A stretch of DNA of 64,000 nucleotides from a virus. The DNA is taken from IMG/VR virus record IMGVR_UViG_3300000114_000743. One strand, given 5' to 3'. A program made the position numbers and the translations under genes. Shown piece after piece: positions 29,578 through 39,206 of the stretch (its first letter is position 1; each line of letters starts with the position of its first letter). The notes beneath the pieces are model-generated. The model searched no databases. It was not told the origin of the DNA and saw nothing but the letters and a program-made list of their open reading frames with translations.

Positions 29578-30598
29578 ATGTTAAAAAAAGCAAATATTCA
29601 ATGGAGCGCAAAAACGCTCACAAATCAAATCCAAAAAGGAAACGTCCTGTTTGAGTGCGCGATACAGCGCGGTTATGTATGGGATAACGCAAAAAACAGT
29701 CTTCTTATACATTCATTGATTGAGGGCTATCACGATTCCGGCGTTCTACTTTGAAAAACGCTTTGACGGGCTTTATGACGCTTTGGATGGAAAGCAAAGA
29801 AGTAATGCGATAAGCCAATACATAAACGGAAATTACTCGCTCTGTGACGATTTTGAAATCGTTACGGACGACGAAGGGAAGGAACATGATTTTTCATGTT
29901 TGTATTTTTACAGCTTGCCGGATTGGGCGCAAGAGGCAATAAAAGAGTTTTCTCTCACAATTTACTATTTCGAGGACTTGACGGAAGAACAGCGCGATAA
30001 CATATTTTATCGTCTTAACAACGGCAAACCGTTGACAGCGGTTGAGCTTACAAGGGTAAAAGCGAAAAGTCTGACGCAGTTTCAAGAAATGGCGAAACAT
30101 GAAATCGTCAATCTCGCCGTATCCGATAAAGGACGTATAAAGTATAATCACGAAAATTTAACAATGCAAGCGTGGGCGGTTTGTTTTACTGACGATGTAT
30201 CATTTGAAACAAAAGTTTTCAGAAACCTCATTGAAAAAGTTGAAGTTGAACAAAAACAAGTCGAAGCGGTTTATCGACGGTTCAACACGATTTTAGACAT
30301 TCATAATTCATATGGAGAAGGCAAGACCGAAAAGCGTTTGCAAAAACGCATAATCACAAGGACACACTTAGTTTCATTGACGAAAGCCGCTCATATAGCC
30401 GAAGCACGAGGGTATGACACACAAAAATTCAAAACGTGGGCGATGTACTTCTTCAGCGGCACAAAAGGCGCGTCGATTGATGAAACATATAACTTTGCAA
30501 GCGGCGCAGGGTCGGCGCGGAAAGACAAAGTAAGCGCGAGAATTGATGCGATTATTAACAGCATGACCGAATATTTCAAAGGCGAGGAGGTGGCATAA
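29578..30598 (+). pseudogene. DUF262 (ParB-like/GmrS-type) protein with +1 frameshift near 29732
   Basis: MLKKANIQW...QRGYVW..LLIHSLIEGY then IPAFY...DGKQR in the next frame; deleting A29732 gives EGYPIPAF. Confidence 0.8.
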
Positions 30599-30756
30599 TG
30601 TCGAAATTTGCAAACAAATTTGAAGAATTGCAATACGCCAAAGAAGCAGTTATATTTATGCTTAATCACGAAAACGGCTTAGTTGATATGCACAGTTTAG
30701 AATATTGGGCTGGCGTTGTTACACAATTAAGAAAAGAAATAAGAGAAAACCTATAA
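30598..30756 (+). CDS. 52-aa hypothetical protein
   Basis: GGAGG RBS; MSKFANKF...YWAGVVTQLRKEI; below ORF-track cutoff. Confidence 0.65.
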   Translation: MSKFANKFEELQYAKEAVIFMLNHENGLVDMHSLEYWAGVVTQLRKEIRENL

Positions 30757-30776
30757 GGTGATAAGGAGCTAAAAAA

Positions 30777-31382
30777 ATGACACATGAACAATATTTTACT
30801 TTCGGAAACGACAACTTTCTTTCTGATGAAGAAAAAAATTACGAAAAAGAATTGAACTCAAAAAACAAATATGGGTTAAGCGATAATCAAATAATGACGC
30901 TAACACGCCGACACAAGAAAGCGCGAAAAGATGAAGATTACAGGACAATGGCGAAAATCGAATACCGCCTAACCGACATAAATTTTCATTGGGAATGCAG
31001 GAAAATGCACACGGGAGAATACGCTGAAATCTATGAAGGTTTTTTATGCAAGAAATTTACTTATTATTTAATGAACGAAAATTGCAACGGTATAAGGGTT
31101 TCGGCGGAAATCGGTAAAAACAAAGATTGGGTCAGATATTCCGACGGTAACGACGGCGAAAAGAATTATTACTGTGACGCATTATCCGAAGACGGCAGGA
31201 CTCTCTACTGCGACGGCGAAGTTTGCCGGATAAAAGGTTACAACGAAGAAGCCCAGACCGTAGAATTATCAAATTACTTAAACGGCGCGGAAGACGGTGA
31301 GTTTACTATTCCGCTTGAACAATTCGTCGCCGACTTCGGCAGAATGTTTAATATTATGATAGAAGAACAGTTTAACAAATAA
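30777..31382 (+). CDS. Hypothetical protein carrying duplicated module copy 1
   Basis: AAGGAG RBS; shares 187 bp with 32862-33048. Confidence 0.7.
   Translation: MTHEQYFTFGNDNFLSDEEKNYEKELNSKNKYGLSDNQIMTLTRRHKKARKDEDYRTMAKIEYRLTDINFHWECRKMHTGEYAEIYEGFLCKKFTYYLMNENCNGIRVSAEIGKNKDWVRYSDGNDGEKNYYCDALSEDGRTLYCDGEVCRIKGYNEEAQTVELSNYLNGAEDGEFTIPLEQFVADFGRMFNIMIEEQFNK
30824..31010 (+). repeat. 187-bp duplicated coding module, copy 1
   Basis: About 13 mismatches to copy 2 by eye. Confidence 0.9.
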
Positions 31383-31409
31383 AATAAACACGCGGGAGGT
31401 TTTGCGAAT

Positions 31410-31637
31410 ATGCAGAAATTTTATGAGGGTCAAGCGGTCGAAATGCTCGGAGAAAAGCACGGCGGCGGATTCAATGAACAGACAATCGGATGGCAGAAAG
31501 GTTTTATAAAAAAGCTGGGTAAAACGACGATAATATTAAAATTCGACGGATGGCAAGACAACCGTATAAGTATCGACGCATTTAAAAGCATCTTAGAACA
31601 GGGAACAATGCGGATTAAAGAAACGACTAATGTCTAA
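31410..31637 (+). CDS. Small hypothetical protein
   Basis: GGGAGG RBS. Confidence 0.7.
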   Translation: MQKFYEGQAVEMLGEKHGGGFNEQTIGWQKGFIKKLGKTTIILKFDGWQDNRISIDAFKSILEQGTMRIKETTNV

Positions 31638-32433
31638 ATATAACCTGCGAGGAATGATAAATATGAAAATCAAAGTAAATTACACATTCGCCGAGGAATA
31701 CATACCTCCACGCTGCCGTAAACCGAGAAGCAGAGAAATTAACAAAACAATGAATGTAACAATCAAAGAAATCAGCGTAGAGCTTGCACCTGTCGCAATG
31801 ATAGTGACAGACTACGAAACGCGCGACGGTGAATTCGGCGTAAACGATACCGCCTATCGGTGGTACAAAAACAAGCTCTATAAACTATATAGGGTTCAGA
31901 GCGGTGACGAAACTGGAAATCCTCACACGATGAAAGATGTTGAACGAGAAATAGACCGAGCGGGTTACGGTTATTTCGACAACGCCGATGAGAAAAAAAG
32001 GGTGTCTGACATAAAAAAAGTCGCGAAACGTTATTTGATAATCGACGGGGAAATATACCGCGAAGCCGGAGAACCGCGCTATTACGTTGTAACATTCGGA
32101 TTAGGTCACAATCATGGTGGGTCATCGCTTTCTATAATCGAATATTATAACGACAATATCAGTAAAGACAATTATTTCAACGCTTTTCAGCGTGAAGAAG
32201 CAATAAAGTGTTTCGAGTGGGTCGCATTAGGCAGGGGCGACACCAAAAGCGTTAAAAGTGAATATGTGGACAACATAAAAGTCTTGATTCCCGAAGCCGT
32301 AAAATGCAAACCCCAAAAGGAACACGGCGATGGCCACCCGTTTTTAAACAAATTGAATGCAATAACCGAATGTGCGCCGGACACATTATCAGCAGGTTTT
32401 ATGGCAATGGCTCTGGCGTTCGACGGTATATAA
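31630..32433 (+). CDS. Conserved phage hypothetical protein
   Basis: PPRCRKPR, FGLGHNHGGS motifs; likely start ATG 31663. Confidence 0.7.
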   Translation: MSKYNLRGMINMKIKVNYTFAEEYIPPRCRKPRSREINKTMNVTIKEISVELAPVAMIVTDYETRDGEFGVNDTAYRWYKNKLYKLYRVQSGDETGNPHTMKDVEREIDRAGYGYFDNADEKKRVSDIKKVAKRYLIIDGEIYREAGEPRYYVVTFGLGHNHGGSSLSIIEYYNDNISKDNYFNAFQREEAIKCFEWVALGRGDTKSVKSEYVDNIKVLIPEAVKCKPQKEHGDGHPFLNKLNAITECAPDTLSAGFMAMALAFDGI

Positions 32434-32755
32434 AAAAACAAGCTGTTTTATCGGCTATACGGACAGGAAAGAGCTTGACGCAATAGCGCAACAGTCCGAA
32501 GTCAAAGACATTAAGCAACGGTTGGAAAAAGAAAATGGCGGCAATTATATATTTCACGATAACGGAATGAGCGTTACAATTACCACCGCCGACAAGAGTG
32601 TTTGTCACGAATGGAATATTGACTACGACGATAAAAACTGTGTTAGTAAAATAGTTGTTATACATGACAGCTACTACAACGACGAGATTCACTTCATCCT
32701 TGAAATCACGAACTACGACGACAGCTTCGAGAACAAAATAAAAAACGCGAGTTGA
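32372..32755 (+). CDS. Hypothetical protein or gene fragment
   Basis: Open frame but no clear RBS/start. Confidence 0.35.
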   Translation: MRRTHYQQVLWQWLWRSTVYKKTSCFIGYTDRKELDAIAQQSEVKDIKQRLEKENGGNYIFHDNGMSVTITTADKSVCHEWNIDYDDKNCVSKIVVIHDSYYNDEIHFILEITNYDDSFENKIKNAS

Positions 32756-33108
32756 AAAAGAGCAAAAAGTCGATTTTTGAAAATTTATATTACAACGCTA
32801 TCGCGAGTGAGTGGGAATATTTCTTTGAAAATAATTTTGACGATTACTACGTCGATCTCTTTGATGAAGAAAATGAATACGAAAAAGAAATGAACTCAAA
32901 AAACAAATACGGGTTAAGCGATAATCAAATAATAACGCTAACACGCCGACACAAGAGAGCGCGGAAAGATGAAGATTACAGGACAATGGCGAAAATCGAA
33001 TACCGCCTAACTGACATAAATTTTCATTGGGAATGTGGAAAAATGTACGTAGATAAATATGTGGAAATATTCGACAAATTAAAGGGAGGGTGGCAACAAC
33101 ATGATTAA
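32752..33108 (+). CDS. Hypothetical protein carrying duplicated module copy 2
   Basis: Shares KNKYGLSDNQI.TLTRRHK.ARKDEDYRTMAKIEYRLTDINFHWEC with 30777 gene. Confidence 0.65.
   Translation: MKKSKKSIFENLYYNAIASEWEYFFENNFDDYYVDLFDEENEYEKEMNSKNKYGLSDNQIITLTRRHKRARKDEDYRTMAKIEYRLTDINFHWECGKMYVDKYVEIFDKLKGGWQQHD
32862..33048 (+). repeat. 187-bp duplicated coding module, copy 2
   Basis: See copy 1. Confidence 0.9.
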
Positions 33109-33931
33109 CAGTTTTGAAACCGAGGACTTTGAAATTCTCATAAACGAAGAAAGTGAGTATATGTGTTGTTTACATGAAACACCGAGAAATTCGGAATGGT
33201 GTATTGAAAATTGTCCGAAACAATCATCGTGTGATACTTATGCGTGGGCTGGTGACGAACAAAAACTGCTTGATGGCGAAGCAATACTCCTGTTAAGAGT
33301 TTGCGCCGACCCGTCAGGCATATACGGTTATAGTTCAAGCAAATTGCCGACGAAAATATTAAAAACTTACAATCTGCTTCGCAGATGGGGGAACGAAAGA
33401 GTCGCTATAGGGGTCAGGCACATTTTCGTTGTCAACTCCTACGAAAAATATATTCGTGCCGAATTCCCTGACAGACCGATTTTTATAATCACAGGCGGCA
33501 ATACAAGTTTCAGAAAACGGCGCGAAATAATCGACGAGTTGGCAAAAACGCCGAATGGAATATTGATTTCCACACAGCAAGCATTATCAGCATCAACAAA
33601 CATTGATTTTGTCGATAAAGTCCTGTTGCCGGAGCTTCACTACAACAACGCCGCCATGAGCCAGTATTATTTCAGGTTTATCCGTTACACGAGCAAGAAT
33701 TGGAAACAGGTTTACTTCCTAACATACGAGAACACAATCGAAAGCAATGTGCTCAAAATGATGCTTGTGAAAGAAAAACTAAATCTGTTTATGAAAAACG
33801 AGATTTTAGATGACGACGAGCTATACGAACAGTTCGGTGTAGACCCCGCCATGATAAACAACCTCATGTCGAAAGAATACGACGAACAAGGCAGGGTTCA
33901 TTTACGGTGGGGCGAACAAAAAATATCATAA
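33101..33931 (+). CDS. Stand-alone C-terminal SF2 helicase-like domain with Cys-rich N-terminus
   Basis: STQQALS.S.N...V..V..PEL.YN...MSQYYFRFIR pattern; no Walker A. Confidence 0.6.
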   Translation: MINSFETEDFEILINEESEYMCCLHETPRNSEWCIENCPKQSSCDTYAWAGDEQKLLDGEAILLLRVCADPSGIYGYSSSKLPTKILKTYNLLRRWGNERVAIGVRHIFVVNSYEKYIRAEFPDRPIFIITGGNTSFRKRREIIDELAKTPNGILISTQQALSASTNIDFVDKVLLPELHYNNAAMSQYYFRFIRYTSKNWKQVYFLTYENTIESNVLKMMLVKEKLNLFMKNEILDDDELYEQFGVDPAMINNLMSKEYDEQGRVHLRWGEQKIS

Positions 33932-33952
33932 AATAGGGGGAGAGGAATACAA

Positions 33953-34186
33953 ATGAACGACGACATTTTATTAACAAAATCACAATTAACCGCTTTCATA
34001 AAAAATGAATTCATCAAAAGAGATTACAACACTCAAAAGGAAGCCGCAATTATTAAAACCATTTATGAATTATGGGAGTATATGCTGCGCGACAACTGCG
34101 GTTATATGCAAGAGTGGGTCGGCGACCTCATTGACGATTTTTTGAAAGCATCTTCGCAAATATTGAACACGGAGGAATTGAAATGA
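33953..34186 (+). CDS. Small hypothetical protein
   Basis: GGGGGAGAGG RBS. Confidence 0.65.
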   Translation: MNDDILLTKSQLTAFIKNEFIKRDYNTQKEAAIIKTIYELWEYMLRDNCGYMQEWVGDLIDDFLKASSQILNTEELK

Positions 34187-34689
34187 GCATCTACAACGAA
34201 CAGCAATTAATAAACCTTTTACCGTGTAAAGCCGGGGACGTCCTGTATGTCCCGTACAAGATGAGCAAATGCGTTCTTCATTACACGGTTCAAAAACTTG
34301 TTTGTGATGAAAAAGGTTATTACATAGTTTTAACCAATTCCGTGAAAGTTCCGCTGTCCGCAATCGGCGACGATTATTTTTTGACTTATTCCGAAGCGGA
34401 AGAGGCGTTAAATGCGAAAAATACGTCGAAATACGTTGTTAAACGGTCATCGGACAATTACAAAATATTGAGGAATAAATTAAATCTAAAAAAATTAATT
34501 GCGGATTTTCAAGAAACTATCGACGAAATGAAACATTACGAATGTCAATTAAATGGAGAAAGTAACGAGTGGGCAGTCAGATATTGGATGGGACGCCGCG
34601 ATACCATTCACAAATTGATCGATTTCGTCACGGGAGAGGAACACAGCACTCAAACGGTGATAGAATTGTTTTGCACGGTAAAAGAATAA
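34183..34689 (+). CDS. Phage hypothetical protein
   Basis: LPCKAGDVLY motif; GGAGG RBS. Confidence 0.65.
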   Translation: MSIYNEQQLINLLPCKAGDVLYVPYKMSKCVLHYTVQKLVCDEKGYYIVLTNSVKVPLSAIGDDYFLTYSEAEEALNAKNTSKYVVKRSSDNYKILRNKLNLKKLIADFQETIDEMKHYECQLNGESNEWAVRYWMGRRDTIHKLIDFVTGEEHSTQTVIELFCTVKE

Positions 34690-34721
34690 TACAAACATAT
34701 GACGAAGGGCGATGAAATAAC

Positions 34722-36053
34722 ATGAGTACAGAACGCTACATTTTTCCGACGCTTGACCTGTTAAGCAGCACAATGCTTATTGATGAGCGTGAAAATGACA
34801 GAACCGAGAAATTGCAATCCATTTTAAACGATCTTAAAATAAAAGCAACGATCGAATGTCACACAACGGGTTCAAGAGTAACACAGTATGAAACGAGGCT
34901 TGATGTCAACGTTTTATTAAGTAAAGTCGAACGTCTCACGCGAGACATCGCCCTCCGTCTCGGTGTCGAGCAAGTCAGGATATGCCCCGCCCCCGGTAAA
35001 GAAGGACTAATTGGCATAGAAATCCCTAACAAACATATCCAACCGGTTAGTATCAGAAAAATCATAGCCTCAACCGCCTTTAAAAACACGGAATCAAAAA
35101 TCACCTTCGGTCTCGGCGAAACCGTAGAGGGAAACATAATTATTGACGACATAGCTGAAATGCCCCACCTGCTCGTCGCTGGCGCAACCGGAACGGGTAA
35201 GAGTGTATTTTTGAATACTTTAATAACGAGCATTCTCTATAAATCAACGCCGGAAGAAGTAAGGTTTCTAATGATTGATCCGAAAATGGTTGAGTTAGCT
35301 TCATATGATGGTTTACCGCATTTGCTTTCGCCAATTATAACCGACACCAAGAAAGCAATCCGTGCATTAGAATGGGCAGTCGGCGAAATGGATAGGCGAT
35401 ATAGTCTTATGGCAGCTTTAGGAGTAAAAAATTACAATGAATATAATGTGAAATCAAATGAAAAGCTCCCGCAAATAGTTATAATTATCGACGAACTTGC
35501 CGATTTAATAATGACTTGCACAAATAGAGAAAATGACATGACGTTGATTGAAAAATTAATAGCTCGTCTTGTGCAGAAATCAAGAGCCGGAGGGATTCAT
35601 TTGGTCGTGGCGACGCAAAGACCCGACGCCAAAACAATCACACCGTCAATCAAGGCAAACCTACCGTCAAAAATCGCGTTCCGCGTTGCGACAGGTTCAA
35701 ATTCAAAGGTTATAATAGACGAAATGGGCGCAGAGAAACTATTAGGTAAAGGCGATATGCTGTTTCAATCGTCAACTTCCATGCCGTTAAGATTACAAGG
35801 CGCATTTATTTCTAACGACGAAATTGAAAATATCGTAAAATATATCGTAAGGAATAACAATGAAGCGGTATACAACACCGAATTAATGGAATTGTTAGAC
35901 GACACAAGTAGTGTTCCGTATTGGATAAAAGACCCATACAATCAAACAGATAGAGCGGAAATCGAACATCAGCTTGGTTATACCATATCTGATGAATTGT
36001 TTAAAGAAATCGTAAATAAAATATTTTATAAAGCATACGGAGTCTTTTTATGA
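34722..36053 (+). CDS. FtsK/SpoIIIE-family ATPase (motor alpha/beta only)
   Basis: HLLVAGATGTGKS, IDPK, IIIDELAD, RAGGIHL..ATQRP, GAEKLLGKGDMLF; no TM domain, no obvious gamma domain. Confidence 0.9.
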   Translation: MSTERYIFPTLDLLSSTMLIDERENDRTEKLQSILNDLKIKATIECHTTGSRVTQYETRLDVNVLLSKVERLTRDIALRLGVEQVRICPAPGKEGLIGIEIPNKHIQPVSIRKIIASTAFKNTESKITFGLGETVEGNIIIDDIAEMPHLLVAGATGTGKSVFLNTLITSILYKSTPEEVRFLMIDPKMVELASYDGLPHLLSPIITDTKKAIRALEWAVGEMDRRYSLMAALGVKNYNEYNVKSNEKLPQIVIIIDELADLIMTCTNRENDMTLIEKLIARLVQKSRAGGIHLVVATQRPDAKTITPSIKANLPSKIAFRVATGSNSKVIIDEMGAEKLLGKGDMLFQSSTSMPLRLQGAFISNDEIENIVKYIVRNNNEAVYNTELMELLDDTSSVPYWIKDPYNQTDRAEIEHQLGYTISDELFKEIVNKIFYKAYGVFL

Positions 36054-36102
36054 CCTTGAACACAAAAAGGACTAATAATTGCAAAAAATAAGGAGAATTG
36101 AA

Positions 36103-37068
36103 ATGAGCAGACTAAAATTTATTGAAGCAATAGCAAAATATAACATTTATATGCTGGCAAATGAAACGCCGAGTAATACTATCAGAACGCATTTATCCGC
36201 TGTCAACCGCTTTTTCAAATGGTGTCAATGCGAATATATAGAAGACATAACACCTGATTTATTAATGCAATACAAAATATATCTGCGTGAAATTGCCAGA
36301 GCCGGGGGAAATTCAATTAACACCTACTTTGCCTATCTGCGAGTGTTTTTCAAAACAATTTTCGACAAACAGTATACCGAAACCGATTTGTCGAATCATT
36401 GTGAGGGTTATCCAAACCACCGCGCTGTCGATATTCTCGGAAAGCGTCAGGAACAGTATAAAGACAAAGACGATACAAAGAAATTTATAACCAAAGACCA
36501 TCGTAAAAAAATGTTTGAAGCAGTAGGTAATATAAAAAAATTAGGTACGCGCAACAAACTTATGATTGAGACAGTATTGTTCTGTGGATTGCGCAAATCG
36601 GAAGTTTTAAGTTTGCGCCCCTGTGATATTACTGATAGCGAAGTAGGCAGTAAAATGATGACTATTCACAAAAGCAAAAGAAATAAGACCCGTTCTTTCT
36701 TTGTTCTTAACCCCGATGTGCTCGAAGGTCTTTTAAAATACATAGACGTCAACGGTATACAATACGAAAACTATATTTTCAAGGGAAGATACGGCGGCAA
36801 AATGACGACATCACAATTCTATAATATTTTCAAAAACGCATTTGAACTCGCCGGGCTTCCGGTTGGAAGAAAAAATGGTTCCTATACCACTCACGATTTG
36901 CGCGGAACATTTATAACCGCTATGCTCGATGCAGGTTTCAATGCCGAAGATATTGCTGAAATCGTGGGGCATAAAGATATTAAGCAAACTCTGGAATACA
37001 GAAGAAAAAGCAACAGCGAGGAAAAGCTGAACCGCCAAAAAGCACTATACAAAAAAACGGGATTATAA
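36103..37068 (+). CDS. Tyrosine recombinase with intact catalytic set (YopP/SroD position)
   Basis: GLRKSE (R), KSK (K), HDLR, GH...T..Y; N-terminal SAM-like domain; start ATG 36103 after AGGAG. Confidence 0.9.
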   Translation: MSRLKFIEAIAKYNIYMLANETPSNTIRTHLSAVNRFFKWCQCEYIEDITPDLLMQYKIYLREIARAGGNSINTYFAYLRVFFKTIFDKQYTETDLSNHCEGYPNHRAVDILGKRQEQYKDKDDTKKFITKDHRKKMFEAVGNIKKLGTRNKLMIETVLFCGLRKSEVLSLRPCDITDSEVGSKMMTIHKSKRNKTRSFFVLNPDVLEGLLKYIDVNGIQYENYIFKGRYGGKMTTSQFYNIFKNAFELAGLPVGRKNGSYTTHDLRGTFITAMLDAGFNAEDIAEIVGHKDIKQTLEYRRKSNSEEKLNRQKALYKKTGL

Positions 37069-37084
37069 TTTAACTTAATACAAC

Positions 37085-37100
37085 TAAAGCAAAATATAAC
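37085..37100 (+). repeat. TATAAC tandem motif (TAAAGCAAAATATAAC) just upstream of a -35 box
   Basis: Direct read. Confidence 0.65.
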
Positions 37101-37102
37101 CG

Positions 37103-37131
37103 TTGACAATCACAATAAAATACTATAATAT
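37103..37131 (+). promoter_or_regulatory. SigA promoter for DUF262 and degenerate-recombinase genes
   Basis: TTGACA-17-TAATAT. Confidence 0.6.
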
Positions 37132-37161
37132 TTTATTATTAAATTCAAGGGAGCTGTTTTC

Positions 37162-38157
37162 ATGGCATATAAACCCAACACAAAGAATCAGCCTGTAAGC
37201 TGGATAATATCGCAAAACAAGAAAGGAAATTTGAACAAGAATATTTCAATTCAACGTAAAGAAGTTTGGGGTATTGTTCAAAAAAGCAACTGGATACTTA
37301 CATTGATAAAAGACGTGCCGTGTGAGGGACCATTGCTTGAAGAAGCGGAAAACGATACCTATCTATTATTAGACGGCAAACAACGTATTTTGACAATTTG
37401 TTCATTTATAGAAGATGGATTTGCGCTATCTCCTAAAATGTTGGATAAAGAATTTAGAGGAACAGTGCTTGTAGATAAAAAATTCTCAGAACTGCCGGAA
37501 GATATACAGAGCCGAATTTTAGAATGTTCAATTCCGATTACAATAGTGAACCCATTAACAGACGAAGAGCGTGATGAGCTTTTTTACTTGAGAAATCAAG
37601 CAGCATCACTTACAACAATGGATTTATTGCCGTCTCTTATCGGCGACTCCGTAATGAAAAATTTTGACGAGTTATGTCAACATAAATTCATCACAAATAA
37701 AATAAAACCGTCACCCGCCGCTATTAAAAATCGTGATGATTTAAAATTCCTCCTTCATTACTTAGTTTTATGCTCAAACAACAAATCCGGTCTTTCAGGT
37801 GAATCTCTTTTAGACTTAGGCGACGATATAAGAAGCGGTAAGGTTATAATCAATAAAAATGATATAATTTCGATTTTAGACTATTTGGATTTGGCTTTAT
37901 CGAGCAAAAGAGCATATTTTAAAACAATATTTACCCCTATAATTCTATATCTCGCAAAACTCGCGATAGAAAAAGGGATAAATGCCGATTTGTTCGGAAG
38001 TAGGCTTGACGATTTCTTTTTGACGACCGCTTTGTACGACGAGAAGTTCAAAGATGCATGTAAAGGCAGAAGTGCAGATAGAACAACCATCCAAACTCGA
38101 TTATCAATTATGAGCAAAATTTTGGACGACGGTTATGATGATAAACATGGTCATTAG
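37162..38157 (+). CDS. DUF262 (ParB-like) protein (YopQ/SroE position)
   Basis: IQRKEVW, LLDGKQR motifs. Confidence 0.8.
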   Translation: MAYKPNTKNQPVSWIISQNKKGNLNKNISIQRKEVWGIVQKSNWILTLIKDVPCEGPLLEEAENDTYLLLDGKQRILTICSFIEDGFALSPKMLDKEFRGTVLVDKKFSELPEDIQSRILECSIPITIVNPLTDEERDELFYLRNQAASLTTMDLLPSLIGDSVMKNFDELCQHKFITNKIKPSPAAIKNRDDLKFLLHYLVLCSNNKSGLSGESLLDLGDDIRSGKVIINKNDIISILDYLDLALSSKRAYFKTIFTPIILYLAKLAIEKGINADLFGSRLDDFFLTTALYDEKFKDACKGRSADRTTIQTRLSIMSKILDDGYDDKHGH

Positions 38158-38205
38158 GCTGTAATGTTAAAAACAATATTAAGCAAACAAACTCGGAGGT
38201 CTTCG

Positions 38206-39117
38206 ATGTATAATGAAATTATTAAAAATCAATATTTAAACGAACTCCCGACAAGCGCTTTGAAAAGCATTTATGCTTCTATATTTAAAAGAACTGATGT
38301 TATGGAAGAGCAGCTTGAAAAAGACATATTTAGCTTCGATTTAAAAGATTGCATTGATTTACTCCTGTTTTTAAGTCCGAAATCAGTTTCTGCAATCAAA
38401 ACGTTTAAAAGTCAAATCGGTAAATATGTTGATTGGGCGATAGAAAACCGCATAAGTCTTGAATCTAAAAACTATTGGTTAATAGTTCCGGTTGATGACG
38501 ATTTTATTAAAGCTTCATTTAAAAACCGTTATATAAAAGACCTTGACGAGTTAATTGAATTGGTAGACATAGGTATAGCATCAAATTATGACAAATGTGT
38601 CGTTTACTTGCTGTATATGGGAATAATGGGCGAAAACTGCGATGAAATAATCGAACTTCAACGGACAAACGTAGATGAGCGTAGTAATACAATAACGACA
38701 AAAAGACGAGTATATAATGAAATCATCGAACCGCTTTATGATATTATCAAACGTGACGAATATGATATAGAAGAAAAGAAAGGGCGCGACGAGGAATCAA
38801 TATATTTTATCAAACCGTATAATTCAATACGTTTAAAAGGGAAACCGATTAATCCTTACTATATTTACCGTGTGTTCATTAAAATGAATGAAAACATATA
38901 TGAATCGACAAATGAGCGGAGAAATTTTGTACCTATGACGATATGGCGGTCTGGTTTATTTAACTCATTATATAAAATTGAACAGGCTAAAAACAGTTTG
39001 ACAAATGACGATTATATTCAAGTTTGCAAGATTTATGGAAAAGATACATCAGACATAAGCGTGATAGCAAATTTGTCACGAGAATACAGGGTATACAAAG
39101 AAGTGTTTTGGAGTTGA
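38206..39117 (+). CDS. Catalytically degenerate tyrosine-recombinase-fold protein, MrpR/SroF(YopR)-like repressor candidate
   Basis: SAM-like N-domain, LLYMGIMG lacking catalytic Arg, TIWRSG in place of HxxR; start ATG 38206 after GGAGG. Confidence 0.7.
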   Translation: MYNEIIKNQYLNELPTSALKSIYASIFKRTDVMEEQLEKDIFSFDLKDCIDLLLFLSPKSVSAIKTFKSQIGKYVDWAIENRISLESKNYWLIVPVDDDFIKASFKNRYIKDLDELIELVDIGIASNYDKCVVYLLYMGIMGENCDEIIELQRTNVDERSNTITTKRRVYNEIIEPLYDIIKRDEYDIEEKKGRDEESIYFIKPYNSIRLKGKPINPYYIYRVFIKMNENIYESTNERRNFVPMTIWRSGLFNSLYKIEQAKNSLTNDDYIQVCKIYGKDTSDISVIANLSREYRVYKEVFWS

Positions 39118-39178
39118 ATGTTTCCGCTGCCCACCGTTTTCTTGAAATAAACGAAATTAAAAAATGAGGATAAATCTT

Positions 39179-39204
39179 AAAGCCCGAAGAAAAATTCGGG
39201 CTTT
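39179..39204. terminator. Bidirectional intrinsic terminator
   Basis: aaagcccgaa-N6-ttcgggcttt between convergent genes. Confidence 0.85.
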
Positions 39205-39206
39205 TT

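Noticed and set aside
29720-29740. Programmed ribosomal frameshift in the DUF262 gene
   Set aside because: No slippery heptamer, homopolymer or stimulatory structure; a simple insertion is more parsimonious
30824-33048. Duplicated 187-bp segment as a DGR template/variable repeat pair
   Set aside because: Mismatches are not confined to adenines (C/T, G/A and T/A changes are seen) and no reverse transcriptase is present in the window
33950-36100. Arbitrium aimR/aimP upstream of the Sro-like module
   Set aside because: No TPR-type receptor and no short signal-peptide ORF recognised
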